Positions 45,801 through 58,120 of a stretch of DNA of 64,000 bases are shown here, in pieces. Source of the stretch: Auanema rhodensis. Lineage: Eukaryota; Animalia; Nematoda. Position 1 is the first letter of the stretch, and each line of letters opens with the position of its first letter. Where the stretch lies: contig OZ059894.1 in NCBI GenBank assembly GCA_964057225.1, positions 8,494,001 through 8,558,000 on the forward strand. Reading direction: 5' to 3'. Made by a program: the position numbers and the translations under genes. The notes under the pieces are model-generated. The model saw nothing but the letters and a program-made list of their open reading frames with translations, searched no databases and was not told the DNA's origin.

Positions 45801-47210
45801 AAAAGTGCTCAACTACTTCTGATGATGATGCTGATACAACCCTCCGATCTGGAAATATGACAGGAGCTTCTCTTTCCTTATCTGATCTCCGAAGTGCTGG
45901 TTTCAAAGATACACCATCCAGATATTTGGAAGATCCTCCAGATTATAGAGTTCAACGGTTGGTAGTCAATCTTTTAAAATACTAACTATGATCATATGGT
46001 ATAGAGCTGGTTCGCCAGGAGGGAAACAACGCTGGACTATGGCATGTGGAACATCTTGTATGACACAATCCATGAACGCATTAGGATCATCCGGTCAAGC
46101 TAGAAGTGAACCCAAAATAGATTCTGAGGTATGTATTAAACTATTTATTTAGTTTTAACTATTTTTTGTCTTTTCAGTTATGGGCTCCTACAACACCTGT
46201 AGCTCTACTCAGTTCTCCAGGTCCATCAAATGGCCGTTTATTTACTAAGCGAGGAAATTCTGGTGCAAGTCGAATGGCTCCCAGTATTAGCCGCGTTCAC
46301 TCCATGCCTGCACATTATCATATAGCTAATGGCTTTGTTCGAAATGTAAGTAAACTATATTATATGTTTTCACAATACAGTTCTCTTTTCCAGAGTCAGA
46401 CCGATGACTATCCACAAACAACAAGTCTACAGCATGTTCAATCTTTAAACGGGCCACGAACACAGCCGAAAGCTAGAGATCCACCTCCATATGATCGAGC
46501 CGCTCCTCATACCTTGTCTGTTTCCGCTGCAAGGTAATAAAACATTGAAAAACGCTGGTACCACAAGTATTTTCAGCGTTTTAACTGGAAATACATCAGC
46601 CGGTCCGTTAACGGCAGAAACACCAGGTGGACCACAAGCAGCGTTTCCTCCAGCCTCAGCTACGCCGTCCATGTTCTGCACCAATACAGAAGAACAATAC
46701 TTTTTGGACACGGTACATTCCTAGATATCTATAATCGTCCTAATTAAAATCTATTTTCAGGGCGTACTATCAGCAAACGAACTTCAGCATTTCCCAATGC
46801 TGCAGAAACTGATGCGAGAATCTAATGGAATGTTAAATCACCAACGACGACCATCTAGTTGTACCGATTTAAGCAGTTAGTTTTATAAGGTTATTCATAC
46901 ATTGATAATCAAAAATTCCTTCTAGGTATGTTCTCAAATAGCGTTCATCGTGGAGAATTCTTCCCTGATTCTACCGTACAGTCAGTACCGTATGGCATGA
47001 CAAGAATGCAAAATCAGAACCCCAATTCGTAAGTTGCTTTACAATCATTAATACTGAAGTTTATTATAGTTCTTGTACTTATAAGCTTCTAATATTTTGT
47101 GAAGATTAGTAATTTTATTATATTCTAGATACGGATTCCGTCCATCAAGTGCTGTCGTACTTCCTCCTCCACCTCCATATCCATCAAATCGAAAGGCCTT
47201 GGTGATGTAA
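41798..47210 (+). CDS. FERM-domain protein of the Expanded/FRMD6 (Willin) type with a low-complexity tail carrying three PPxY motifs; multi-exon
   Basis: Exons from 41776/41798-41912, 42521-42621, 43031.., 43186-43277, 43335-43417, 44156.. give LFGLALR...EYFFLDPAQKIFKYAPK...RPLLVLYFRVRVYIE...HYYLQLKDN, the Expanded/FRMD6 F1-F2 pattern, followed by an F3 lobe (WSRVTRLSFDRKKLTI). Ends VLPPPPPYPSNRKALVM* (TAA 47208-47210). The frame is open from the 41776 acceptor, so the N-terminus may extend upstream. Confidence 0.85.
42813..42848. repeat. (TA)n microsatellite in a FERM-gene intron
   Basis: Direct reading. Confidence 0.95.
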
Positions 47211-47754
47211 TGCAATAAATAAGCATACTTTCATGTTCCTAAAATTCCTCAGCCACAACCTTTCCCATTTCTAGCTCGAACCAAATTTTAGTGTCTATGC
47301 GAAAGGTTAACAAATTTGGTTATCTCAGCCTATATCACCATACACCCACACATGCTCACTTCATATCTATCTCAACACCTGCTCTCGTGCTATGTACTAT
47401 CGTTCTCGTTGTTCAATGTTGTCGAATAATTTGTCGCTTGTCTTGCCTGAAGCAGAGTACAATCTGTTCCAAACCTCTCTCCGTCTTCTCTCACGGCTTT
47501 TCAATCACATTCTCTGCTACTTATCTCCTGTCATATCCTTGTAGAAGGACCAGAAGAACATTCAAATGCTCTTGTCAAGTATTTTTAAATATATAGTATA
47601 AAACTTTCAAAGGTGAACCTTTTTTTTATAAATGAAGATGAAAATATAAGACAATACAAAACAAAATAATAGAAGATATGATTTAATATAAAATTTCTTC
47701 GATGAACTTTATGAACTACGTTTTAAAATTAATATCAATATACTATAACCATAC

Positions 47755-47948
47755 ATAGAGTTCTATGCGATGGAAGTGGGACATCTCTTGAGAGAGCCCA
47801 GATAAAATAGAAAATAAATTCGAAAAAATAAATTTAATTAATGGAGTTTTTCAATACTTATCATATTTTTTTCTAAGTTTTCTGTAGTTTGTTTCAAACG
47901 ATACGAAAGATTTTTTGAGTGTCCCACTTTCGTTGCAAAGGACTTTAT
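47755..47948. mobile_element. MITE-like element with 29-bp imperfect terminal inverted repeats
   Basis: 47755-47783 ATAGAGTTCTATGCGATGGAAGTGGGACA versus 47920-47948 TGTCCCACTTTCGTTGCAAAGGACTTTAT: 23/29 complementary, with an AT-rich interior. No clear target-site duplication. Confidence 0.5.
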
Positions 47949-48073
47949 ATTTAAAATAGTTAAAATCACAAATAAATAATCAGTAAAAACTCAACATTGA
48001 ACAATGAAATATTCTTATACGCAAAAATTTTGATAGAACCGACTGCTAACTCAAATTGAAAAATGGATTGTTC

Positions 48074-48193
48074 CGTCAAAGTTCACGTTAATGTTCACGA
48101 CAGATCCGCTGATGCGTCAAAGTTCAAGTTAGTATGAACCATGGGTATAGCGGGCACGTCAAAGTTCACGTACCCGTCAAGTGCACAGTGCAC
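48074..48193 (+). repeat. Three phased copies of CGTCAAAGTTCA(C/A)G plus two AGTGCAC motifs
   Basis: Copies at 48074, 48115 and 48157 (spacing 41, 42) with dissimilar spacers. CGTCAAGTGCACAGTGCAC at 48175-48193. Confidence 0.7.
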
Positions 48194-48286
48194 CGTTCTA
48201 CACCGCATAATACAAAATGCTATTAATAGAGTATTAAATATTAAAATAAGCTTTGTTTAGTGCATCAATTCATTATCTTGTTGTCT

Positions 48287-50327
48287 TCAAAGCGTAACAA
48301 AAATTTCTCGATCCCGTTCAATTAGAGCTTGGTTATTCTTCTTTTCTGCTTTCATTCTTCGATATCTGAAATCAGGATTAGGTGATAATAACGAGAATAA
48401 AATAAATATTTTTGTTCAGATAAAAAGAAAATATTGAAAACTCACTCAGGCTTTAATGCCGTCCATGCTACGAATGCTGTCACTGCACTTAAGATAACCC
48501 AGACATCAAGCACAACTAAATATCATTATTAAGTGAATATGATTTTGAAAAACAACTAACGTTCCCAATTTCCGGATAACCTTGTAGAATCATAATTATA
48601 AAAAATATCAATTCGTTTAATACCTTCAGTCATTCCATAGAATATTAGAAGCATACATTGACTGTAAAAATATAATTTGAAGAATCATATAAAAGGGAAA
48701 TAACCAACCCATTTAGTACAAGAACACCACTTGATGTTGCCTCATACACTGGATAAGTCATTTCAACTCCCAACTCAGAGCCAATGGGAAACATTGGAAT
48801 GGACAAGGCTCCTAGTAATGATGTCAAAATTATTAGAATGACATCATCATGGAAACCTTCGTACTCCTTTATGAGATACTGAAAGCATTCTTGACATTTT
48901 TAAAATTTTTGCGATTGAACTCTACAATTCTGGTTGCCAAAGCTGCAAGAAGAAATAGAACAGACATTCCTTTTGTTAGTTCTTTGAACATTTTGGTCGT
49001 ATCCGCAATTTTTCCAGCTAATATAGATGCTATTACTCCAACGGTTGCAGATACAGCCATGTTCAAACTGTAAAATCAAAAGGTTTGTGTGCTATATGCT
49101 TAGTGAGTACTAGCCCTGCTGAGCTATATCCCTTCAAAGACATTATATCGGGAAGCAAAACTATAAATGTCCAATACAACGAGAATAACATAGCAAAAAT
49201 AAACATGAGAAAATGAAATTGTAGATCTCTGAAAAAAAATGTTATTTTTTCAATCGTTTTCTTTTAATTCAACTTCAAGCATATCATAATTGAAGCTTTA
49301 AACGGAATAGAAGTTCCTCGTATGTGTGCTGCCATACTCGGAGGTGTAGGAGGAAGACTTGATTGTATACAGAACCAAGCAAAAAACGTAATTCCAGCCA
49401 AAAATGCTATGAACATATTCTAAAATACCTTAACTCTATTTCATATGTTGAAAAAGTATCATACGAAATTAAAAATTTCCAATGATGTCGTTCCAAAAGC
49501 TTCAATTGCCTCATCAGAAAAATCAAAAAATATCATTGGTGTTAAGCTGGCTAAGATAGTTCCTAAGGGATTCGCTGAAAGTTAAAGCTTTTGTAACTTA
49601 ATCATATTACGTTAAAGTTTACGAACCAGCAAAACTTAATACATTAGCAAATGCCCTTTCGTTGTCAGCAAACCAACATTCAGCTATTTTAGCGGGTAAA
49701 ACCAAAAATACAACTTGAGCTAACGAAGAAAAAAAACATCCTCAAAATTATAAAATACTAGTGAATATAAAATGAAAAAAAAACATGAAAACCTAGATAA
49801 AGCCAAAACTGCCTCCACATGCTTGTTGGAACTTCGGGAGTAGATGACACTAACCGCAGAAGGGCTCCAAAAAAATTAACAGTGCATCCACAAAACAGCT
49901 GAATTTAGAATTTTTAGAAAAAGGAAACTAAATAAATTAAAGCGTACAGCCACTTTGATTCCATGAACATCTGTTACATACATTCCAACAATTCCAGTAA
50001 ATATGGCCACGACCTATGTCATCAACCAAATTCAGTAGAAAATATCATATAATTACCTGGAAAATTTGATTTGACCAAAATGTAGCCAAACAGTCCACAA
50101 CTCCATCACAATAGAATTTATTAACTTGTTGTGGAACAGTTGAATAACTAATCCATTGCTAAAAATAACTTCACTGATAGAAAATTATAATTTGATATAT
50201 TACAAAAGCATTGGATAATGCTAATAAGCAGCATACAGTTAATATGACCCATCTTCTCTTATATGTTTTGAATCTGGCAATAGTATCCTATGATATTGAA
50301 ATACATCTGAGACTTAACTTACTCCAT
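48287..50327 (-). CDS. MFS transporter, SLC49 family (FLVCR/MFSD7/DIRC2-like), paralogue 1; multi-exon
   Basis: ATG GA|A intron gives MEFKTYKRRWVIL. Contains QWISYS, LPAKIAECWFADNERAFAN, NPLG, PPTPPS, FPIGSELGVEMTYPVYEATSSG, and YRRMKAE near the C-terminus. Stop TGA at 48287-48289. Confidence 0.88.
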
Positions 50328-51134
50328 GATAAGGAAGTTGTAAAGGGTTGTAGAGGATGGAAGCTTATTGTTCTAAGACGACGGGCAAAAAAAAATCTCT
50401 ATTGAATGTGAAGTTTAAGTATGTAGATCGGATAATCCTTAAAAAGTGGTTATTTGGTGCAGAATTGTAAACGATAACGAAGATGCACTAAGAAGCAACA
50501 CTGAACATAAATAGACGGACGTTCACAAATGAAATTCAGATATCAGAATTGCTTACAAAGGCGAGCCAAAAGTTAGATGACTATTCGATGTCTCGTGACA
50601 ATTTGTCTTTGTTGTCCTTCTTTGTGACAATAATATTTAGATATTATTCACAGGAAGCAAGCAAAGTTTCAGACAAATTCAGCTGTAGCCAGAACAACGC
50701 AAAGATTTTTTGACTGAACAAGTTCAATAAATATATGTCTGAATTAATAAAAATTGAAACATTTTTTCCTCCCACTTTTCATGTATTTTCAATTTCACAC
50801 CATTAAAAAAATTAGCTAATCTTCTTAAATTGTAAAGATTTGAGGAATTAGGATTTTCACTATTTCAGAGCAGAGAAGATGTTTTCCCGATTAACTGTCT
50901 TGGCAGCACCTGCTTCTCCTATTTGGTTTCTTTATTTTGTTTCTGGTTGGCATTTCATTGAAAACAACTGTGCTGTGGTAGAAAACAAATAAAAATGAAG
51001 AAGACATTTGCGCACCTAATTACCATACTAACAAGCGAAGTGACATACGTGTTAGCTCACGTACATATGCTAATGAGCTTTAAGCTCATTCCAATTAACA
51101 TTTGTAATCAATAATCATTGTATTAGACGGAATA

Positions 51135-54100
51135 ATGGTGATATGGAAGTTGTACCAATCGAGAAAACGAGCGGACAGGGCAATTGATAATTTTTTATTG
51201 AAAGTTGGAAATATTCGAAGGTGAAATCTCTTAATTTATTTTGACTATCTTTAAATTGTTTGAAGAAAATCTAATGGACAACCAGAAGTACTGAAAGGTT
51301 GGGAAAAAAGGAAAAGAAGTCTGGCTTGGTTATATCCTCCTTTTCTACCACAACTAGATGAGGGAAAGCTTTATCATCGAATGTATATGAAAGGAACAAG
51401 GTAGTATAATCATTATTGATATGCAGAAATAAAGAAGAACTACTCAATTTCAGAGCAAATTTTGTATCACTTTTGATCAGAAATGTTCTCTTAATTGAAA
51501 TTTTTGGAGTCCTAGTTTATCTCATTTTGTCATTAAAATATGCAAAAGATCCGGGAGTGTAAGAAAAGTTGTATATAATTCATTTAGTTTATATATTATA
51601 GAGTTGGAACATTAGTTTCAATACCTATACATATAGTGCTATCACTCATGTTTATATGTCCATCGGTTAGTTAAATTTCTTATATATTATGTGTTTTCAT
51701 AACTATGCTAAATTTATATTTAGATTATGTATTATTTCATGTTGTCAACTCATCGTATGTTATCATCAAAAATGCGTACACTTCTTTTAGTTGTGATATT
51801 ATCAATTGCTTTTGAGGTTTAATATATAGCTTCTGATTTAACTTTTAGATTTTAAATATTAAAGGGTCCTGCTATGAATGCACTTAATAATGTTCACAAA
51901 GTTGCTGAAGGAGTAGGCTGTATACAAGAGGATGTTATGGGTTCGGCAAAAGCTGTTGATGAGAATATTGCAAAGCATGGCCAAGTTATTGTTTATCTGT
52001 ATTGATGGTGCAAAGTTATTTCTAGATGGCTGTCAGAATTATACAAAACCTCATAAAGAAAATTGCTGAGCCAGTGAATTATTTTCGTGTACTTTTGCAT
52101 AAGGTTGATAGAGGAGTTAATCGGTATTATGTGAAATTTTAAAAACAATATACTTATACTTCTAGTGTAATTCAAATGATTCAAAAATCGTGGAAACATC
52201 TATCGGAAGTTACAAATGAGTGCAAAAAAGCTATGAGAGGCCCATATCTTACGGTAAGGATTGGTTTTTCGAGCAATTGCATCATAAAAATAAATTGAAA
52301 TCATAGTGTTTAAATACTTTTCGACGAGCTTATATTCAATGTAATTCAAACGAAGCCAATTTCGGAACACATTTATGTGAAAAACTCAAAGAAGCAAGCA
52401 AGGTGAAATTAAATCCATATTATTCAAAAATATAACCATTAGATGTGTGAAGCTGGAAAAGCAGCAGGAGGATCTGTGTGTAACTTTCCCGAAAAAGTAA
52501 AAGGAGGTACAAATTCATATTTTGTATATTTTCTTCTCAATTTTATAACACATATGGTTCTCAGGATTTTTTTTTGTTATTTGAAAAATGTAACATTATT
52601 GTTTCTCACAACATTGTAGGTATAACCGAAGGAGCTATTCCTTTTTATAAAGCATATTGGAAAAAAGTATTCTGGATTATTAAAACAGCCCACTATTTTC
52701 ATCTCAAAGCATTTCATCATGTGAGTGCTATTCATATTCAAGAATTTTAAATGCAATTTTCTTTTAGCTCAACGATAAGAGAAAGAATATAACAACAGAA
52801 ATAAAAAATTTAGGAACTATTGGATTAAAAATTACGTCTAAACGAGGAAGTGAGAAATCAGCAATTTCGCAAATGAAAGAAGTACGTATCAAAAAGCCTT
52901 AAAATATTATAAATTTCAATAAGTACTTTGACAGAACTTAAAGAAAACGTTGTCATCAATTATATCCACTTATCGGGCAACAATTAGTTTATTAGCTTCT
53001 TTGGTACACTACACTTTACTTCCAATTGCATTATTCTGGCCATTCTTCTCGGTTCGTGTTTTCAACATTTCGAGAATTTATAAAAAATCAAATTAATTAT
53101 ACCTATCTATATGTGTTAAACATATATTTTGCATCTTTAGAGCAAATTCATAAACATTATGTAAAAGGTTATGTTGGGAATGTGATTTTTTTTGAAAACA
53201 ATATATGTTTTTGTGCACGAAATTGGATGACAATTTTTGAATTCTCTGGCTTCAAAACTTTCAATTATATTATTCTTATAGACTGCTCTGTTTATTTACA
53301 AGTTCAACTATCGAGAAGATTATAAAAATGTGTACTTGACTAAAGAATTTGAAAAAATTGATCTGGATTGTGTATTAAAAGGCACAACAAAAGTTTTGCC
53401 TTTAACCAAAAAAGAAAAACAGCAGGTTTGTGATTAAATCATTCAGCTTAATCTACTAGAGCTTATAGTTTATCTCCCGAACAGCTTGGCAAATGACTGA
53501 TAGTGAGAAGAGTGACTTCAAAGTATCCGTTGCTTTGACATCCCTCGCAATGGCAACACCATTCATTTTCATGATTCTTGATCAAATTATATATTGGGTA
53601 CAATAATTCGATCATTTTTTCTGAAGATGATACAATTTCAAAATTGTAGATTCTTATTGGAGCATTCAACATCTTCGGCAATACTAAGATTGATACACCG
53701 CCGCATTATGAAATTAAAGTTTCTGGAGATGGGTATACTGCTAAGTTACTTAATGCTTTACTTGATGCGTTTTCGCCAATAACTAAAGGAATTAAAGAAC
53801 GAGATGAAAGGTGAGCATAATTGTTTTATTTTAAAACTATTTATTGCAATCTTAGATGGAGAGCATGTTTTGAAGAGCCAACTCCACCCGATTACTTTGC
53901 ATATTCGTTAATGTTTATTCTTTTTATGGGTTGTTTAGTTTTATGTCGGACAAAAGTTTGGATGAGCAGACAGTCATTAGCTTTGGCTGATTTCTTTTAC
54001 CCACATAGGGTTCGGCCACGTGCTCTTTATCTCTACAACAAGATTCAGTCTGAACGTAAATCATTAATGACCACATTAATGAATCATCAGAAAGTGAGAA

Positions 54101-54683
54101 GTTGTTTTTACTCTTTCATCCATGTTTTTTGTTGTTAGGCAGTTTTAGCTGATGATCAGCTTGAAGGTCGTGAACAACTTATACGTCAAAGTATACAATC
54201 GCGTGGACTTGTTCGAGTTATATGTACGAAGTGCCGAAAAACTGACATGAGCATCGCAGACCAAGCGTGGGTTTCAAACAATTATCTTAAATTGAACAAT
54301 CAGATGTTTTTTGTTTTCTCAAAATTGTAGGAATACCCGTTTATGCGTGGAATGTGGAGTATTTTATTGTATTCAATGTTTTTCTCTAAATAAGGAATGC
54401 AAAGCTTGTGGCCATAATATGCAGGTACGAGATAATAGATTGTTACCCACCCATTTTATGTTGTTGTCAAACAGTTTCATCTACTTATTCAAATTTATCA
54501 GATCGTTGGCGGTATTGAACTCTACTACGAGCATTTTTCTGATGATGATGGTGACCGAATTCTAACAGAAGAGGACGACGTAGAAGAAGAAGAAGAAGAA
54601 GAAGAAGAAGAAAAAGGTACGTTTCTTTGTTATTTGTTTCTACAAAAAATATTTATTTATTTATTTTAGAAACTAAACAATAG
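51135..54683 (+). CDS. spe-42: DC-STAMP-family multipass sperm protein with C-terminal C4C4 RING (SPE-42/SPE-49, DCST1/2 family); multi-exon
   Basis: ATG 51135 (MVIWKLYQSRK). Contains EGPAMN, Cys-rich ectodomain, YKNVYLTKEF, VLPLT, CFEEPTPPDY, FFYPHRVRPRALYLYNKI, RING CTKC...CVEC..YCIQC...CKAC, then IELYYE and a poly-Glu tail. TAG at 54681-54683. Family is secure; spe-42 versus spe-49 is a moderate-confidence call. Confidence 0.8.
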
Positions 54684-54822
54684 TTTTATTTCTATTAATT
54701 AATTATTCATATAATTAACTAGTTCTGTTACGCTATTCTCTTTTGAATAAATATATATTATTGTGCAGCTACTAAGTTCTATTCAGTTCTACAAAAAAAA
54801 AAATTAGATTCTTTATCTGATC

Positions 54823-56986
54823 ATGAATATAGTTCATCCAGAATCATTACAACATATAAGTAACACTAGTCAAAAAAAGTGAACTAGAGTGTTGCAATTT
54901 TTATTTAAAAAAAATTTTATTATAGATATACTGTATACAAAACTCGTTGGGTTATTCTAGCTGTCTGTTTTATCGTTACATTAACTAACACAACTGTTTG
55001 GATATTTTCTAGATTCATAAGAAATATTGTTTTTTTTTCCAGATGTGGCTTGGCCTATCAGCTGTTAGTACTCAAGCTGATTTATATTACTGTGGAGTTA
55101 AATCTAAATGTGAAGTTGCGTTTATGGCAAATCAGATTTTCCAGGTTAGTTATAAACCCCAAGTGAGAGCAATACAAGTTTCATAGCTTAGAGTATTTTC
55201 TTATAAAAAATAATTAAAACAATGTATTATTTATTATGTCTATATGTATTCTATTGACTACTTTTGTAGCTTCTGGCAATCGTGTTTGGATTACCTGGAA
55301 TGTTTCTGACAGATAAGTTTGGAATTCGACCATCGGTATGTATATTTACTTCAAATCTATCAATAAATAATTTTAATTTAAGCTTTATGCGGCCGTTTTG
55401 TTTAACTTAGTAGGATCTTGTATTAGAACTCTATCATCATCACCACATATAGATGACAAATCTGTAAAACAATCACTTCTATATGGAGGTAAAAATAATA
55501 TTTTTCTTATATTTTTTCATGATGATCTTTACAGGAACAGCTATAGTAGCCACTGCTCAATCGTTTTTCCTGGTTTTACCTACAAAAATAGCTGAAGGAT
55601 GGTTTTGTGACAAACAACGTTCCATCGCAAACGTGATACTCTTTATTGGTATATTTTTATAATTTTATAAGTTAACACTTATAACAAGGATTGTTACAGC
55701 TCATCCAATTGGTGCAGCTTTGGGTATGATCTTGCCAGTTATGTATTTTGACACATCCAAAAAAATGTTAGCAAATAAAGGAAAAATCAAAAATAACAAT
55801 GACTTTTTTACATTTGTGAGTTCTATTAATTTAATATGTTGAAGGAAACTGTTTTTTTTTCAGAATCTGGGTTTGAGTATAGTTGCTTCAATTGCTTTGA
55901 TTCTTATACTTTTTGTTTCGACTAATCTGCCAAAAACACCACCAAGTAGTGCAGCTGAAGCAAGAGGAAAACATTCAATGTCTTTTTCAAAATCAATTGC
56001 AAAATGCTTAAAGTAGTCTAATAATTAAAACATTTCGAGTTTACCCAAATATATTTAAGGAATATCGAGTTCATCAAGCTTCTGCTCGTCGGTGGCACAA
56101 TTTATGGCTTACTTTGGACATTTGTTCTGCTTTTTCCAACAATCATGGTAAAAGGAAAAATTCTATCACCTGGGTATAGATTCATGAATGTTAATATTAA
56201 TATTTTTTATGTATAGTTTAATCTCTGCTATTTTCTTACTTGTGGGCACATTCTCCTCTCTGTTCATGGGTGATCTTGTGGATAGGACAAAAAAATTTCT
56301 CGGAATATTGCAAATGTTATTATTGGCAGGACTCATAAGCTTGATTGTAATAAGACTGGTACAATTGATTTTTTTTGCACATTTTTCTAATTATATCATA
56401 TTTGAGCTTTTGATATATATGAAATGGAATCGAATCTATGATGATGTTATCATTACAGTCTTAGTTTGCGTATATAGTTGTTGTGCTCTCCCACAAATCC
56501 CTGTTACTTTTGAATTAGCAGTTGAAATAACGTTTCCAGTATATGAAGCAACAGCAACCGGAATTTTGGTCATAGCAGGGTAACCGTCTCAAAATTTATT
56601 AAACACAATTATATTTGAATATAATTGAATGAATAAACAAATTTATTTTTATAGGAACATAATTCTACTTTGTCTCTATGCAGTGGTTGAGATGTTGCAG
56701 CGGACTAAGTTAATTTATAAACAAACTAAAAGGAATCCGGATAATTGGCAATGTACAAAACTTTGAAGTAAAATGAAATATTTTTTCTTTTTAGTAGCTC
56801 TTGATTTTCTTATTGTGCTGAGCTTTCTTCCCAATATTATGGCATACTTTTTTATGAAGCCAAAGTACGTTAACTGAAAATATTATTTTTATAATATAAC
56901 CTATATCTTCCAGGTATCAAAGAATGAATGCTGAACAAGAACAAGAAAACCGTTTATTTGATAAAGTTACTCAGGAAAAATACTGA
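54823..56986 (+). CDS. MFS transporter, SLC49 family (FLVCR/MFSD7/DIRC2-like), paralogue 2; multi-exon
   Basis: ATG 54823. Contains YTVYKTRWVIL, ANQIFQ, LPTKIAEGWFCDKQRSIAN, HPIG, PKTPPS, IPVTFELAVEITFPVYEATATG, and YQRMNAE. Stop TGA at 56984-56986. Many intron positions match paralogue 1. Confidence 0.88.
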
Positions 56987-57560
56987 TTCACATGAGCGAA
57001 TTGAAAATTTTTATAACTTTCGAAGTGCCTATCATCAAGCCAATTAGTGTAATAAATAGGAAGAGAAAATTTTTTATTTGAACCTTGGAAGATTGTTTTA
57101 TAACACTAAAATCATTCGTAATATCAACACACCAAAGTATTAATAAACACTTGCTTTAATGAGACTTTATCTATTAGGTGGTTGCATTCATTCAAGACCC
57201 CCTTTATAGAAATCAATTTTTCATGCAAATTTTACAGAATTTTTATAAAATAAATTTGAAATTAGAAAAAAATGTATTTAAATATATAATGAAAATCAAA
57301 TCATTACATTTCTAAAACTTTACATATGAAGAAAAATTTTTTTTCTTTGAACATTTTTTGTTTTCATTCTGGATATTGCTCTCATTCATCAATTCATGAA
57401 GGAATTTCTGCCAAAGAATCCTTCAGAACGATGAAACTTGTGTACAAAGATTCTTTTCCATCGTATTCAACATAAGAGAACCGCTTTGAATCTTGTGAGT
57501 TCGATCTCCAAGATCATGATAGATCTGAAGAGAAAACTTAACTTAACAAATCAAAAAATT

Positions 57561-57632
57561 GGGCCGAACCGGGAATTGAACCCGGGACCTCTCGCACCCG
57601 AAGCGAAAATCATACCCCTAGACCATTCGGCC
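57561..57632 (-). tRNA. tRNA-Pro(CGG) copy 1 (C27U, wobble-tolerated)
   Basis: GGCCGAATGGTCTAGGGGTATGATT(T)TCGCTTCGGGTGCGAGAGGTCCCGGGTTCAATTCCCGGTTCGGCCC cloverleaf, anticodon CGG. Confidence 0.9.
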
Positions 57633-57804
57633 ATGAAGTTTAGAAGTAATTTTCAAAAAATAGGAGAGTTTTCGTGAAATTGTTAATTTATAGTATATTC
57701 TTTAACTTGTTTAGTCATTTTTTCACAAAAAAGGACAAAGCGTGATGATTAGATTATGAATCAGAATCATTAATACTTCGAATTGAGTTAACAAATCAAA
57801 AATT

Positions 57805-57876
57805 GGGCCGAGCCGGGAATTGAACCCGGGACCTCTCGCACCCGAAGCGAGAATCATACCCCTAGACCATTCGGCC
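57805..57876 (-). tRNA. tRNA-Pro(CGG) copy 2 (U66C, A7:C66 mismatch)
   Basis: One substitution from the array consensus. Confidence 0.85.
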
Positions 57877-58048
57877 ATGAAGTTTAGAAGTAATTTTCAA
57901 AAAATAGGAGAGTTTTCGTGAAATTGTTAATTTATAGTATATTCTTTAACTTGTTTAGTCATTTTTTCACAAAAAAGGACAAAGCGTGATGATTAGATAA
58001 TGAATCAGAATCATTAATACTTCGATTTGAGTTAACAAATCAAAAATT

Positions 58049-58120
58049 GGTCCGAACCGGGAATTGAACCCGGGACCTCTCGCACCCGAAGCGAGAATCA
58101 TACCCCTAGACCATTCGGCC
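58049..58120 (-). tRNA. tRNA-Pro(CGG) copy 3 (C71A acceptor-stem mismatch)
   Basis: One substitution from the array consensus. Confidence 0.8.

Noticed and set aside
50270-50327. Apparent missing in-frame start for MFS paralogue 1
   Set aside because: Resolved by a 49-nt intron using the TTGCCAG acceptor (ATG GA|A TTC).
57495-57510. B-box-like GTGAGTTCGATCTC next to the array edge
   Set aside because: No T-stem, A box or cloverleaf around it.
57742-57772. C-box-like GTGATGA in the array spacer (possible C/D snoRNA)
   Set aside because: No CTGA D box on the same strand, and the first base varies (TTGATGA) among units.
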